Counted from the first letter of the stretch, positions 17,931 through 28,054 are shown. The stretch: DNA of 64,000 nt from an uncultured Gammaproteobacteria bacterium (GCA_964512625.1 CAZEKG010000003.1:22953-86952); one strand, 5' to 3'. Notes: generated from the sequence alone by a model not told the origin. Numbers and translations: made by a program.

Positions 17931-19451
17931 TTAGTTTTCAGGCTTTGTATTTTTATGTAACAGCCGTTTTCTTTCTTCTCCGTAATATTTAAGATCGGGA
18001 TTCATTTCTTTTAGAGCTTCATTTTCCAAGCCGTTAAGCTCAATCGCCTTAGCGCTTAAATATTCCTTATCATTTTTCTTTGGATCCTCGAGTACCTCGC
18101 CTAAGAGGGCATTAAGGATTAAACCGACCCGCGGTCCTGGAATGATTTTTAAGAGCTCCATCAGTTCGGTACCGTTTAGTTTTAGCATCTTCGGCGCAAT
18201 CGGATCGAGTTGGACTTCCTTTAAGCGTCTTTCTAACTCGATAAGTTTCCAGGGCTTGGCTTTAGGCCGGCCCATACCGAGTCGGTCGCAAATTCTTAGG
18301 TTGATAAAGTCCTCGATATTCTCTTTCCCTAATCGGCTAAGCAATCTTCGGACTCCGGCGTCTGATACGGTATCCATAGCGTAATAAAACATATGATAAC
18401 GGACAAGATGATAAACGGAATTGATAAGCTCATTAGAGTAGCCCAATCTTTTTAAGATATGTTTAGTCATTTTGGCGCCGACCTGGTCATGGTTATGGAA
18501 AGAAGAATCGACACCTTCGCCCTCTTTTGTTTTCGGTTTGCCGATATCATGAAAGAGCGCCGCTAATCTTATTTCCAATTTATAGTCTCGAGCGGCTCCT
18601 GCGCCTAACGCCCGGACGCTATGTTCATATACATCATAAATGTGGGCTTTGTTTTGGGTTATTCCTGCGGCCGAATCAAGTTCCGGAATCAGGATTTTTA
18701 ATAAGCCGATTTCTTTCATTAGCCTTATACCTTCTTCCGCTTTAGGGGAGAGGATAATCTTAGTCAGTTCTTCATTTATTCTTTCAGCCGGGATAGTCGC
18801 GATCTTTTCCGCTTTCTCATTTATAGTTTTTAGAGTATAGGCTTCGATTAAAAAATCCAATTGGCAAGAGAAGCGGATGGCGCGCAGCATGCGAGTATAG
18901 TCTTCTTGAAATCTTTTTTCCGGCTCGCCGATGGCTTTGATGATTTTATTTTTTAAGTCGCTTAAGCCGTTAAAGGGATCGATCAATTTTTTATTCTTTA
19001 AGTCCCAAGCTAAAGCGTTTATAGTAAAGTCGCGACGACCAAGATCTTCTTCGATCGGCAGGTCTTTATCACTTTGGATTTCAAAGTCGCGATAGCCGCC
19101 GCTCATCCCGGCGTTCTCGGTTCGGGGCAGGGCGATATCGAAGGCTTCGAATCTTTCTTCTTTGTTTAACAGGCAATCAGGCATGAATTTAAAAACGCCG
19201 AAGCTTTTGCCGACTAAATTGACTTGGCCTTTACCGGTTAGGAATTTTTCTAAGGTTTTGGGTTCGACTTTGGAGATGACGAAATCGTAGTCTTTAGTCG
19301 GCCTCTCAATAATCAGGTCACGGACAGCGCCGCCGACGAGGTAGATGTTTGCTTCAGGAAATTCTTTAATCAGATCAAAAATAAAACCGAACTCAGCGGA
19401 GCCCTGAATTGATTTTTGCCAAGCGATTAATTTTTTTTCGGCGTTTTTCAT
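17931..19451 (-). CDS. cca: CCA tRNA nucleotidyltransferase / poly(A) polymerase family protein with HD domain
   Basis: GGAVRDLIIERPTKDYDFV head domain, LFHDIGKPKT HD motif; 506 aa. Confidence 0.8.
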   Translation of the reverse strand: MKNAEKKLIAWQKSIQGSAEFGFIFDLIKEFPEANIYLVGGAVRDLIIERPTKDYDFVISKVEPKTLEKFLTGKGQVNLVGKSFGVFKFMPDCLLNKEERFEAFDIALPRTENAGMSGGYRDFEIQSDKDLPIEEDLGRRDFTINALAWDLKNKKLIDPFNGLSDLKNKIIKAIGEPEKRFQEDYTRMLRAIRFSCQLDFLIEAYTLKTINEKAEKIATIPAERINEELTKIILSPKAEEGIRLMKEIGLLKILIPELDSAAGITQNKAHIYDVYEHSVRALGAGAARDYKLEIRLAALFHDIGKPKTKEGEGVDSSFHNHDQVGAKMTKHILKRLGYSNELINSVYHLVRYHMFYYAMDTVSDAGVRRLLSRLGKENIEDFINLRICDRLGMGRPKAKPWKLIELERRLKEVQLDPIAPKMLKLNGTELMELLKIIPGPRVGLILNALLGEVLEDPKKNDKEYLSAKAIELNGLENEALKEMNPDLKYYGEERKRLLHKNTKPEN

Positions 19452-19545
19452 CTTATATCAAGTTTATCATATTATTAGCTGATTTGTTATTATAGCTTAA
19501 AAATCGGGAAAAATCAAGGATAGGGGAAAAGAAAGAAGAAAAATA

Positions 19546-19566
19546 AAACCGCCACTTTTAGTGGCG
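19546..19566 (-). terminator. terminator of GC-rich ORFan 3
   Basis: CCGCCAC-TTTTA-GTGGCGG hairpin overlapping the stop codon, T-run downstream on the minus strand. Confidence 0.5.
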
Positions 19567-20028
19567 GGAGTTTGCTTGGCCCCTTCGGTCAGCGAATTTA
19601 GCGAGGCCGAGTGTCTGAAGTGCAGACCTAAGCCATCCAGGACGAGGCTCTGGCGGCGAAGTATCGTGTTTACCAACCTCTTTTTCCAGTTGTTCTTCGC
19701 GGACTTGTCGCCTCTCTTCCTCTTCGAGTTCGTAGAGATGATCTTGGTCAATCGCGACGAACCAAACCTTGTCTCTTCGCCTCATGAAGAGGGCAGCCTT
19801 CACCTTCGGAAAGCCGCAGTACGACACAAAACCGTAGATCACCCTGGCATTACCTGAGCGGAGATTTTTAATGCAGAACCCCCGATCGACAAGGAAGTCG
19901 TAAGGTCCGGCGCCGTCGCAGGTTCCGACCGAAAGAACTTGACCTTTCTCGGCCGCAAGGAATCGGCTATAGACCGAGGGATTGAGAGAGTTAAGCACTC
20001 TCGAAGTCGAAGTGTAGTTATTTATCAT
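19558..20028 (-). CDS. hypothetical protein (GC-rich ORFan cassette 3)
   Basis: ATG at 20028 with AGGAGA RBS 6 nt upstream; high GC; 185-nt leader from a consensus promoter; lies immediately downstream of the tRNA-Val 3' end. Confidence 0.55.
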   Translation of the reverse strand: MINNYTSTSRVLNSLNPSVYSRFLAAEKGQVLSVGTCDGAGPYDFLVDRGFCIKNLRSGNARVIYGFVSYCGFPKVKAALFMRRRDKVWFVAIDQDHLYELEEEERRQVREEQLEKEVGKHDTSPPEPRPGWLRSALQTLGLAKFADRRGQANSRH

Positions 20029-20210
20029 GATAGGTCTCCTGAGAGCCGCTTGCCGCTTGTGCAGCCATGGCTCGTTGCGGGTTGTTCGTTACGGGATTCT
20101 GGTGCGTTGGTTCGGACTTAGTCTTCTTTGATTAATTTTTATTAAGGATCAAAGTTCTTCGCGGGCTAATATTTATAGCCCATTAAAGGTGTCTTAATTA
20201 AAGACTCCTT

Positions 20211-20239
20211 ATTCTAGTATACTATTATGGATGTGTCAA
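20211..20239 (-). promoter_or_regulatory. promoter TTGACA-N17-TAGAAT for ORFan 3
   Basis: Reverse complement of 20234-20239 is TTGACA, 17-nt spacer, reverse complement of 20211-20216 is TAGAAT. Confidence 0.55.
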
Positions 20240-20257
20240 GATTTTTAGTTTGTTAAA

Positions 20258-20290
20258 TAAAAAAGATGCCTTGAGCGGCATCTTTTTTAT
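20258..20290. terminator. bidirectional terminator after tRNA-Val
   Basis: GATGCC-TTGAGC-GGCATC hairpin flanked by A-run and T-run. Confidence 0.6.
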
Positions 20291-20299
20291 TTTTATCGG

Positions 20300-20373
20300 T
20301 GGACGGCAGAGAATTCGAATCTCTGACCTTCTCGACGTCAACGAGATGCTCTAACCAACTGAGCTAGCCGTCC
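20300..20373 (-). tRNA. tRNA-Val (GAC)
   Basis: Acceptor GGACGGC/GCCGTCC, anticodon stem TCTCG/CGAGA with loop TTGACGT, T-arm AGAGA-TTCGAAT-TCTCT. Confidence 0.8.
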
Positions 20374-20433
20374 TTAAATTTATAGACCAAAGAAATTATA
20401 TGCTTAATAAGGTCTTTTGTCAATCGATCCAAG

Positions 20434-20506
20434 TAGGCCTGGGTGGAATTGAACCACCGACATCTACGTTATAAGCGTAGCGCTCTAACCCCTGAGCTAC
20501 AGGCCC
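20434..20506 (-). tRNA. tRNA with anticodon UAU (putative tRNA-Ile reading AUA)
   Basis: Perfect acceptor GGGCCTG/CAGGCCT, anticodon stem CTACG/CGTAG, loop CTTATAA giving anticodon UAU, T-arm GGTGG-TTCAATT-CCACC. Confidence 0.7.
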
Positions 20507-20645
20507 AAACTAATATTTTTATCGTTAACTAAATGGAATATTAAACCATTTTGGGTATTTTTTCAAGGTCTAATTCTTTTAAAAATTAAAAAAGCCAGCA
20601 AAGTGACATAGTCACTGCCGGCTCTGCGCATTGTACAGTGTAGCC

Positions 20646-20912
20646 CTAATAAAACAGGCAAAGAACGAGTGTTGTCAGGGAAACAATGGCACTGCCTCCC
20701 ATACCTAAAAACATTGATTTAGAGCGCAGGTTCAGAAGCCCATGTAGGCTGATTGCTGCCTGAAATACGAAAAAAAGCAGCCACATCCAAATGGACACGC
20801 CCTCAGTATTTCCGGACTTGATTATCTGAATGGGCTGTGGCAGAAGAGCCACGACATTCAGATACATTCCGAGTCCGAAGATTATCTCGAGTACCTTTTT
20901 GAAAGTTCTCAT
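20646..20912 (-). CDS. SemiSWEET / PQ-loop sugar transporter
   Basis: 88 aa with three predicted TM helices and the LPQPIQIIK PQ-loop motif. Confidence 0.7.
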   Translation of the reverse strand: MRTFKKVLEIIFGLGMYLNVVALLPQPIQIIKSGNTEGVSIWMWLLFFVFQAAISLHGLLNLRSKSMFLGMGGSAIVSLTTLVLCLFY

Positions 20913-21025
20913 TTCCAGAAATCCTCACTAGCTGTTGATTGTAATGTTCCTCGTCATTTTTCATAATAACATATATATCGATTATTGTCAATAGAAGAAA
21001 AAGAAAGTTTAAAGCATGAATTAAT

Positions 21026-22165
21026 TTAAACCAATTTCTTTCGTATCTCCCCAATAACCTCGCGCTCCGCTTCCGGCAGGGAAGTATTGGTAAGCTCGAA
21101 TTTCGCGAACTCCTTATTCCCTTCCGGATTGAATCTTTGGACTAACTCAACGGCGTTGATATTCTTAATCGAGTAGATTAGGGCGTTAATAGTGTTGGAG
21201 CCGTTTAGGCGTTTTTCGTAAAGAAGAACGACGATCTCGGTTTTCGGCATAGAAACAATCAACTCATCGACGACATCGACGATCTCTTCAGGCGTCGTTG
21301 AAGTCTCTAAGAAATCTTGAGTTGAAATTGTCGACCAAACGATTCGATCATTCAAGTCGTTATTAAGTCGAGCTAAGACGCGTCCCCAAAGCTTTAAGGT
21401 TGAAAGGTAACGTGATTGATAGAGGGCTCGGATTATTTGTTCGCGTCTGGCGCCGAGAGCGTTTAAAAGGCTGGCGAGATGGAGCGTTTTGGGAGTCAGG
21501 TTAGCAGTCTTGAAATTCTTGGTGGCCATGATTATTCCGGCGAGGAGATAGGTTGCTATATCTTCGTCAATCAAGCGACTATCCATTTCGCCGATCATTT
21601 CATAAACGATTTCAGCGGTAGCGGCCGCCGTTAAATTGACTAGGTTGATATCGCCGAAGTATTCATTGCCGTTTGAATTGTCGATGTTGATTTTTGGCGT
21701 GTTGTAAAAAAAATCGGCGTTATTAAAATAAGCTTCGCCGAGTGATTCGAGATCCGGCGAATTAATAATGATGATCAAGTCGTATTTATAATCGGCGTAA
21801 GAAGCGCTGATGTCTTGAGTTGAAAATTCGCCCGACAAAGGCGTTAAAAAGAAATCGAAGCGGTTATCTTTTTTCTCATAAGTAAAGTCCTCGAGGGGCG
21901 CTAAGCTTGTATCAATGCTAACGATGAATTGCCTGAGCGGTCCGATCTTATTCTTGACTTCAGTAGTCGGCAGGAACTTTAGATTGCTCGTCGGTTTAAA
22001 ATCCTGACAAACTAAATCAACTTGGCGATCCATTTTTTTAAGGGCCTCACTCAAAGCTAAAGCGCTGGTGAGAGCGTCGCCGGTATAATCTTTTTTAAAG
22101 ACGATAAGGATGGAACGATTTTTTTTAATCAGTTCGAGAGCTTGCTGGTTTTCGGAGAGAGCCAT
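21026..22165 (-). CDS. DHH-family-like protein with degenerate catalytic motifs
   Basis: N-terminal DYTGDALTSAL resembles the DHH metal-binding region, but no DHH triad or GGGH DHHA1 motif. Probable inactive NrnA paralog. Confidence 0.45.
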   Translation of the reverse strand: MALSENQQALELIKKNRSILIVFKKDYTGDALTSALALSEALKKMDRQVDLVCQDFKPTSNLKFLPTTEVKNKIGPLRQFIVSIDTSLAPLEDFTYEKKDNRFDFFLTPLSGEFSTQDISASYADYKYDLIIIINSPDLESLGEAYFNNADFFYNTPKINIDNSNGNEYFGDINLVNLTAAATAEIVYEMIGEMDSRLIDEDIATYLLAGIIMATKNFKTANLTPKTLHLASLLNALGARREQIIRALYQSRYLSTLKLWGRVLARLNNDLNDRIVWSTISTQDFLETSTTPEEIVDVVDELIVSMPKTEIVVLLYEKRLNGSNTINALIYSIKNINAVELVQRFNPEGNKEFAKFELTNTSLPEAEREVIGEIRKKLV

Positions 22166-22347
22166 GAGTAATTTTCATTAACGATTTATGAGCCGAGTCT
22201 TAGCGATTAAGGCAATACCTAAATATATAGGAAAAAGAGAGGCTTGTCAACCTTATGATTTATAGGTTTAATAGCTTGATTTTTAAGCCGATTTTTGTTA
22301 AAGTTTTACCAAGCAAAACCGAATCTTAAAGCAAGAATTTAACATTT

Positions 22348-25017
22348 ATGCCTAAAGTTAAAACCGAATTGGCCAAAGCCTATCAAGCCGAGGAAACCGA
22401 AGACAGGATTTATAAGATCTGGGAGGAGTCGGGTTTTTTTAAGCCGGAAAATCTTCCTAACTCCGCAGCAAAAAAACCGTTCGTCGTTTGCATGCCGCCA
22501 CCTAACGTTACCGGCATCCTTCATCTCGGACACGCTTTAGAAAATACGATCATGGATATCGAGCTTCGCTACCAAAGAATGAAAGGGCGAAGAACGCTTT
22601 TGATTCCCGGAACTGATCACGCGGCAGTCGCGACTCAAGCGCGCGTTGAAAGCGAATTGAAAGCTAAGGGCGTAGCTAATCCGCGCCAGGAGTTAGGCCG
22701 AGAAGGATTGCTTAAAGAAATCAGGACTTTCGCCGAGGAACATAAGTCGATTATTTTAAGTCAGATAAAAAAGATGGGAACGAGCTGTGATTGGACTCGC
22801 TTGGCTTATACTTTTGATGAAACAAGATCGAGAGCGGTAAACGAATTATTTAGAAGAATGTTCGAGGACGGCCTTATTTATAAAGGTTATCGAGTTGTTA
22901 ATTGGTCAGTTAAAGGACAATCGACTTGCTCGGATGATGAGTTGGAATATATCGATCAAAAAACCAAGGTTTACACTTTTAAATACTCAAAAGATTTTCC
23001 GATTCCGATTGCGACGACTCGTCCGGAAACTAAGCTCGGCGATACGGCGGTGGCGGTCAATCCTAAAGATGAAAGATATAAAAAATATATCGGAGAGAAA
23101 TTTACCATTGATGTCGGCGCTAAGAATCCTTTGACAATTACGATTATCGCTGATGAAGCAGTTGATATCGATTACGGTACCGGCGCCGTCGGCGTTACGC
23201 CGGCTCATAGTGCCATTGATTTTGAGATGTATCAAAAGAATAAGGAAATCGGATTGATACAGGTTATCGGTACGGACGGCAAAATGACAGAAAACGCCGG
23301 CGCCGAGTATCAAGGCTTGACTATCCTCGAAGCTCGAGAGAAATTCGTAGCTTGGCTTAAGGAAAACGATTTATATATTTCCGAAGAGGAGATTACCAAT
23401 AGCGTCGGAACTTCCGATCGCTTTAAAGATATCGTCGAAGCCTTGCCGATGGAGCAATGGTTTGTTGATGTTAATAAGACAGTTCCAGAAAGGGGCAAGA
23501 GCCTTAAGGAATTGATGCGCGAAGCGGTAACGGTCGGCCATAACGGCGACGGAGCGCGAAGAGTTAATATTACTCCTGAAAGATATCATGACACTTATCT
23601 TCATTGGATTGATAATCTTCGCGATTGGTGCATTTCCCGCCAGATTTGGTGGGGTCATCGGATTCCGGTTTGGTATTGCGACGATTGCCAGGCGGTTTTT
23701 TACGGCGAAACCAATCCTCTTAGTTGCCCGAAGTGCAGCTCTTCCAATCTAAGGCAGGATGAGGATACGCTTGATACTTGGTTTTCTTCCGGGGCTTGGA
23801 CTTTCTCGACGATGGGTTGGCCGGATGAAACTTCCGATTTATTGGATTATCATCCGACGGATTGGATGCAGATGGGCTATGAAATTCTTTTCTTTTGGAT
23901 GGCTAGGATGATTTTAATGACGACTTACGCGCTCGATGATATCCCTTTCCGCGAAGTTTATATCCATGGCATCTTGCGCGACAAGAACGGCAAGAAGTTT
24001 TCGAAGTCTCTTGGTAACGGCCTTGATCCTTTGGAAATCATCAAGGATTACGGAACGGACGCTTTAAGGCTAAGTTTAATTAAAGGAACGACGCCGGGCA
24101 ATGATTCAAGATTCTATCTTGAGAAAGTTGAAGCGGCTAGGAATTTTATTAATAAATTATGGAATATTTCGCGTTATATCTTCCAATCAGTTTCCGAGGT
24201 TAAAACTGTCGATAACGCGCCGGAAGCGAAGACCTTGTCCGATAAATGGATCTTGAATGAACTTAATCAAGTTATTGCGGTGACGGAAGAAGCGATGAAA
24301 CAATATGAATTCTCTTATGCTGTCGATAAACTCCAGGAATTTACTTGGACGAAATTCGCCGATGCTTATCTCGAGGTGGCGAAAATCGAAGGCGGAAAAG
24401 ATGAAATCCTGCTTTATGTCTTAGAAAATATTTTAAAGCTGTGGCATCCTTTAATTCCTTTTGTGACGGAAGAGATTTGGAGCCAATTCCAATCGGAAAC
24501 GCTGATTATGGTTGAAAATTATCCGACTAATCTTTTAGAAAAAGCGGAAACGGGAGAAGAGTTCGAGTTATTATTAGAAATCAAAACCGCAATCTTGAAT
24601 CTTAGGACGGAAAATAAGATTGAGCCGGCTAAGCTGGTTAATGTTACAATTATAGCAGGCGATAAAAAGGAATTGATCGAGGATCAGGCGGCGATTATTA
24701 AGAAATTGGCTCGCTTAGAAGAATTGATCATCGAAAAACGAGCTGAAAAGCCGGAGGGCAGCGTCGGTTCGGTTATCGGCGGCGTAGAAATTTATCTTTC
24801 TCTTTCCGGACTGATCGATTTAGAGGCGGAAAAGCGAAGGCTGGCTAAGGAAATAGCGGAAATGGAAAAATATCTTAAGGGCTTGGAAGGAAAGTTATCG
24901 AATCAGGAATTTATCTCTAACGCCCCGGAAGTAGTCGTTTCAAAAGAACAGGAAAAGCTTTCTATCGGACGCGATAAGTTGGAAAAGCTTGGCGCTCAGT
25001 TAAAAGATTTAAAATAG
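22348..25017 (+). CDS. valS: valine--tRNA ligase
   Basis: HLGHALENT (HIGH), KFSKSLGN (KMSKS), C-terminal coiled coil; 889 aa. Confidence 0.95.
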   Translation: MPKVKTELAKAYQAEETEDRIYKIWEESGFFKPENLPNSAAKKPFVVCMPPPNVTGILHLGHALENTIMDIELRYQRMKGRRTLLIPGTDHAAVATQARVESELKAKGVANPRQELGREGLLKEIRTFAEEHKSIILSQIKKMGTSCDWTRLAYTFDETRSRAVNELFRRMFEDGLIYKGYRVVNWSVKGQSTCSDDELEYIDQKTKVYTFKYSKDFPIPIATTRPETKLGDTAVAVNPKDERYKKYIGEKFTIDVGAKNPLTITIIADEAVDIDYGTGAVGVTPAHSAIDFEMYQKNKEIGLIQVIGTDGKMTENAGAEYQGLTILEAREKFVAWLKENDLYISEEEITNSVGTSDRFKDIVEALPMEQWFVDVNKTVPERGKSLKELMREAVTVGHNGDGARRVNITPERYHDTYLHWIDNLRDWCISRQIWWGHRIPVWYCDDCQAVFYGETNPLSCPKCSSSNLRQDEDTLDTWFSSGAWTFSTMGWPDETSDLLDYHPTDWMQMGYEILFFWMARMILMTTYALDDIPFREVYIHGILRDKNGKKFSKSLGNGLDPLEIIKDYGTDALRLSLIKGTTPGNDSRFYLEKVEAARNFINKLWNISRYIFQSVSEVKTVDNAPEAKTLSDKWILNELNQVIAVTEEAMKQYEFSYAVDKLQEFTWTKFADAYLEVAKIEGGKDEILLYVLENILKLWHPLIPFVTEEIWSQFQSETLIMVENYPTNLLEKAETGEEFELLLEIKTAILNLRTENKIEPAKLVNVTIIAGDKKELIEDQAAIIKKLARLEELIIEKRAEKPEGSVGSVIGGVEIYLSLSGLIDLEAEKRRLAKEIAEMEKYLKGLEGKLSNQEFISNAPEVVVSKEQEKLSIGRDKLEKLGAQLKDLK

Positions 25018-25035
25018 ATTATAATTATCTATCAT

Positions 25036-26265
25036 ATGAAATTGAAAAACCCAAAAATAATCACGGATGAGAAAATAATCGACTCAATCCTTGAGCGAGG
25101 AGTAGAGAATGTTTATCCGAATAAAGAAGCGCTGAAGAAATTGCTGATGAGCGGTAAGCAGATCACTCTTTACGGCGGTTTTGATCCGACTTCGCCGACG
25201 CTTCACATCGGCCACGGCATCCCGATCCGTAAAATGGCTAAATTCCAAGAGCTCGGCCATAAGGTTATCTTTCTTTTCGGAGATTTTACGGCTCAAATCG
25301 GCGATCCGGATAAGTTAAGTGTTAGAAAACCTTTGACTCATAAGGAAGTCTTGAATAATTTAAAGAGCTGGAAAAAACAAATTGCTAATATCATTGATAC
25401 TAAGAAAATAGAATTCCGTTTTAATTCAAAATGGCTTTCCAAGCTTAACTTCGAGGATTTGATCTTCATTGCTAAGAATTTTACGGCTCAGCAAATGATG
25501 GATCGCGACATGTTCCAGGAAAGGATAAAGCAGGAGCGCCCGATTTATCTTCATGAGTTCTTTTATCCGCTGATGCAGGCGTATGATAGCGTCGCTATGG
25601 ATGTCGATTTGGAAATCGGCGGCAATGACCAGACTTTCAATATGTTAGCTGGTAGGACTTTAATGAAGGCGATGAAGAATAAGGAGAAAATCGTCTTAAC
25701 GACGAAGCTTTTAGCTGATCCGACAGGAACTAAGATGGGTAAGACGATGGGCAATATGATTACTTTAGAAGATTCGGCGGAGGATATGTTCGGAAAAGTC
25801 ATGAGTTGGTCCGACGGTATGATTATGCCGGCTTTCGAGGGCTTAACTGATATTTCCGAAGAGACTTTATTGGAAGTTAAGGATCAGTTGGCGCTTAATA
25901 CGGTTAATCCGAAGGAAATAAAAATGAAGTTAGCTCATCAAGTCGTTCAAGTTTATCTTGGCGCCGCTGCGGCGGATAAAGGCCGCGATTATTTCAAGCG
26001 GGTTTTCGAAGATAAACAGAAGCCGGAAGAAATCAAAGTTGTTGAGATCGAGGATCAGGACGGCAAGCTGGGAGTTCTTGACCTTTTCGTCCGAGCTGGA
26101 CTAGCTTCGTCTAACGGCGAGGTAAGAAGGCTGATTAAAGAGAAGGGGATTAAGATTGATAATGAAATCATTGAACAGGAAAATTCAATCATTGAGCTTA
26201 GTGATAAGGAAATATTGCTCCAAAGAGGGAAGAAGCAGTTTGCGAAGGTGAAGAAGAAAAAATAA
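25036..26265 (+). CDS. tyrS: tyrosine--tRNA ligase
   Basis: HIGHG, KMGKT, C-terminal S4 domain. Confidence 0.9.
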   Translation: MKLKNPKIITDEKIIDSILERGVENVYPNKEALKKLLMSGKQITLYGGFDPTSPTLHIGHGIPIRKMAKFQELGHKVIFLFGDFTAQIGDPDKLSVRKPLTHKEVLNNLKSWKKQIANIIDTKKIEFRFNSKWLSKLNFEDLIFIAKNFTAQQMMDRDMFQERIKQERPIYLHEFFYPLMQAYDSVAMDVDLEIGGNDQTFNMLAGRTLMKAMKNKEKIVLTTKLLADPTGTKMGKTMGNMITLEDSAEDMFGKVMSWSDGMIMPAFEGLTDISEETLLEVKDQLALNTVNPKEIKMKLAHQVVQVYLGAAAADKGRDYFKRVFEDKQKPEEIKVVEIEDQDGKLGVLDLFVRAGLASSNGEVRRLIKEKGIKIDNEIIEQENSIIELSDKEILLQRGKKQFAKVKKKK

Positions 26266-26306
26266 GATAAAATAAAAAAATAGCAGGCTTTAAACCGGCT
26301 ATTTTT

Positions 26307-27035
26307 TTATTTCTTCAGCCAAGCCTTTCTCTCCGGCTCCGGAAATTTTTCAATCGCGTACCTGAGCATGGTTCTTGGCATTTTTCTAATATGTTTATCT
26401 AAGAAGCTCACAAGCTTTTTCCTATCCTTCTTACCTGCTTCCCGTAACATCCAGCCCGTCGCCTTATGCATCAGGTCATGATCTTCGCTAAGGTATTTCT
26501 CGGCTAAGAAGTAGGTCATTTTTAAATTGTTATTCCTAATGAAGGCGAAAGTGGCGAGGATGGCAATTCTTTTTTCCCAAAGATTCTTCGAATCACTCAA
26601 CTTGATCAGGAGCGCTTCGCCGGGGTTATCGATAAGGTAATCGCCGACAATCTTCGGCGCCGTTAAATCGACTAAATCCCAGTTATTTATTTTCTTAGTA
26701 TGCTTAAGATAAAAATCAAAAATTTCTTTCCGTTTCTTAGCGGAGTTTGGGTCAGTTTTCTTTTTCAGGCTTTCATATTTAGCGACCAGGATAAGCAGGG
26801 CGGTCAGGCGGTATTCATGGATTTCACTTGATAGGAGGTTCTTAACTTCCTCTAAACTTAACTGGTCATGAAATTCTTTAGTCGTCTTTCTTTGATCAGG
26901 AACCATAACGCCGATAAACTTATCGCCCTCGCCGTATTGGCCTTTGCCTGTCTTAAAGAAGCGGCTCAGTATTTCGGCCTTATCTTTTTTAGCGTAAGAT
27001 TGCAGTGATTTTTTAATATCTTGAGCAGTAACCAT
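26307..27035 (-). CDS. DNA alkylation repair protein (AlkD/AlkC-like HEAT-repeat glycosylase family)
   Basis: 242 aa with the characteristic conservation pattern of the DNA_alkylation family (WDLVD, ATGWMLRE). Confidence 0.6.
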   Translation of the reverse strand: MVTAQDIKKSLQSYAKKDKAEILSRFFKTGKGQYGEGDKFIGVMVPDQRKTTKEFHDQLSLEEVKNLLSSEIHEYRLTALLILVAKYESLKKKTDPNSAKKRKEIFDFYLKHTKKINNWDLVDLTAPKIVGDYLIDNPGEALLIKLSDSKNLWEKRIAILATFAFIRNNNLKMTYFLAEKYLSEDHDLMHKATGWMLREAGKKDRKKLVSFLDKHIRKMPRTMLRYAIEKFPEPERKAWLKK

Positions 27036-27093
27036 TTTGACAAAAAGTTATTTTTCTTTTGTTACGTAGCAAGTTACGTAATAAAGGCAAGAT

Positions 27094-27756
27094 TTATTTT
27101 TTCTTTTCTTGGCGATAGATAAGATAAGAGTAGGCGAAGGTTCCAAATACTACTCCGAAAACTGAGAGTCCAAATAGGATGCCGGCTAGCATTTCGGGCA
27201 AGTAAGGCGCAATAATAATAATTAAACCGAAAAGCATGAAGAGGTAACCGCCAAGGCGATGGGTTTTATTCCAAACGACTTCTGAAGATAAAGTCCAGGG
27301 CGTCCTAATACCCATAAACCAATTATTTTTTATCTTTCCCATATAATTACCCAAGACGATCATCATCAAACCGATAACGCCGGCGACAATAGCCCCGACA
27401 TTAATATCATAACCAAGATTAAAAATGCCCATAGTGAAATAGACAACAGCCATCACGGCGATAATCATTGTCCTAAAGATTAGGTAAATGCCGGAAAATT
27501 CCGCATACCTTTCTCTTTTCGGATCAAAATAAGGTAGAACGGTAAAAAGAAGATACATGGCCGCTAAAAGTCCGGGAAAGAAAAAGGCGTTGAAAGTCTT
27601 TGAGGAATAAGCGTCGACTTCGCCTTTGAAGTTCCAATGGGAGGCGACTAAATCCGGCCAGTGGGCGTTAAAATAAAAACTGGCGACGAAACAAGCGAGG
27701 ATAATCGCTAGCGGGGCGATTTCTTTTTTGAAGCTAGTTGGTACGGGGTTGCTCAT
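27094..27756 (-). CDS. sdpI: SdpI/YhfL-family membrane protein (DUF1648 + SdpI domain)
   Basis: Multi-TM protein with the GIRTPWTLSSEVVWNKTHRLGG motif conserved in SdpI/YhfL. Confidence 0.65.
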   Translation of the reverse strand: MSNPVPTSFKKEIAPLAIILACFVASFYFNAHWPDLVASHWNFKGEVDAYSSKTFNAFFFPGLLAAMYLLFTVLPYFDPKRERYAEFSGIYLIFRTMIIAVMAVVYFTMGIFNLGYDINVGAIVAGVIGLMMIVLGNYMGKIKNNWFMGIRTPWTLSSEVVWNKTHRLGGYLFMLFGLIIIIAPYLPEMLAGILFGLSVFGVVFGTFAYSYLIYRQEKKK

Positions 27757-27761
27757 ACTTT

Positions 27762-28037
27762 TTATTTATTTTTCTTAGGTTTTAAAAATTTCATTATTTG
27801 CTCGGTAATCTCTTCCATGACGCTTAGATTAAGGGAATAAAAAACCTGCTGACCTTCTTTTCGGCCGGAAATTAGGTTTGATCTCTTAAGGATATCGAGG
27901 TGATGGGAGAGAGTCGGCCCGGTAATGGCTAGATGCCGGCCGATTTCGGAAACCGTCAACTCTTTTTTCTTTAAAAGATCAAGGATCTTGCGGCGGTTTT
28001 CGTCCGATAAGGCGGCAAAGGTCTTAGTCAGCGACAT
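27762..28037 (-). CDS. sdpR: ArsR/SmtB-family transcriptional repressor (SdpR-like)
   Basis: LSDENRRKILDLLKKKELTVSEIGRHLAITGPTLSHHLDILKRSNLI winged-HTH; 5-nt gap to the sdpI-like gene. Confidence 0.75.
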   Translation of the reverse strand: MSLTKTFAALSDENRRKILDLLKKKELTVSEIGRHLAITGPTLSHHLDILKRSNLISGRKEGQQVFYSLNLSVMEEITEQIMKFLKPKKNK

Positions 28038-28054
28038 ACGATAATATTAGATAG

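Noticed and set aside
20803-21054. 83-aa minus ORF bridging the SemiSWEET and DHH genes
   Set aside because: It overlaps both neighbouring genes out of frame; AT-rich junk translation.
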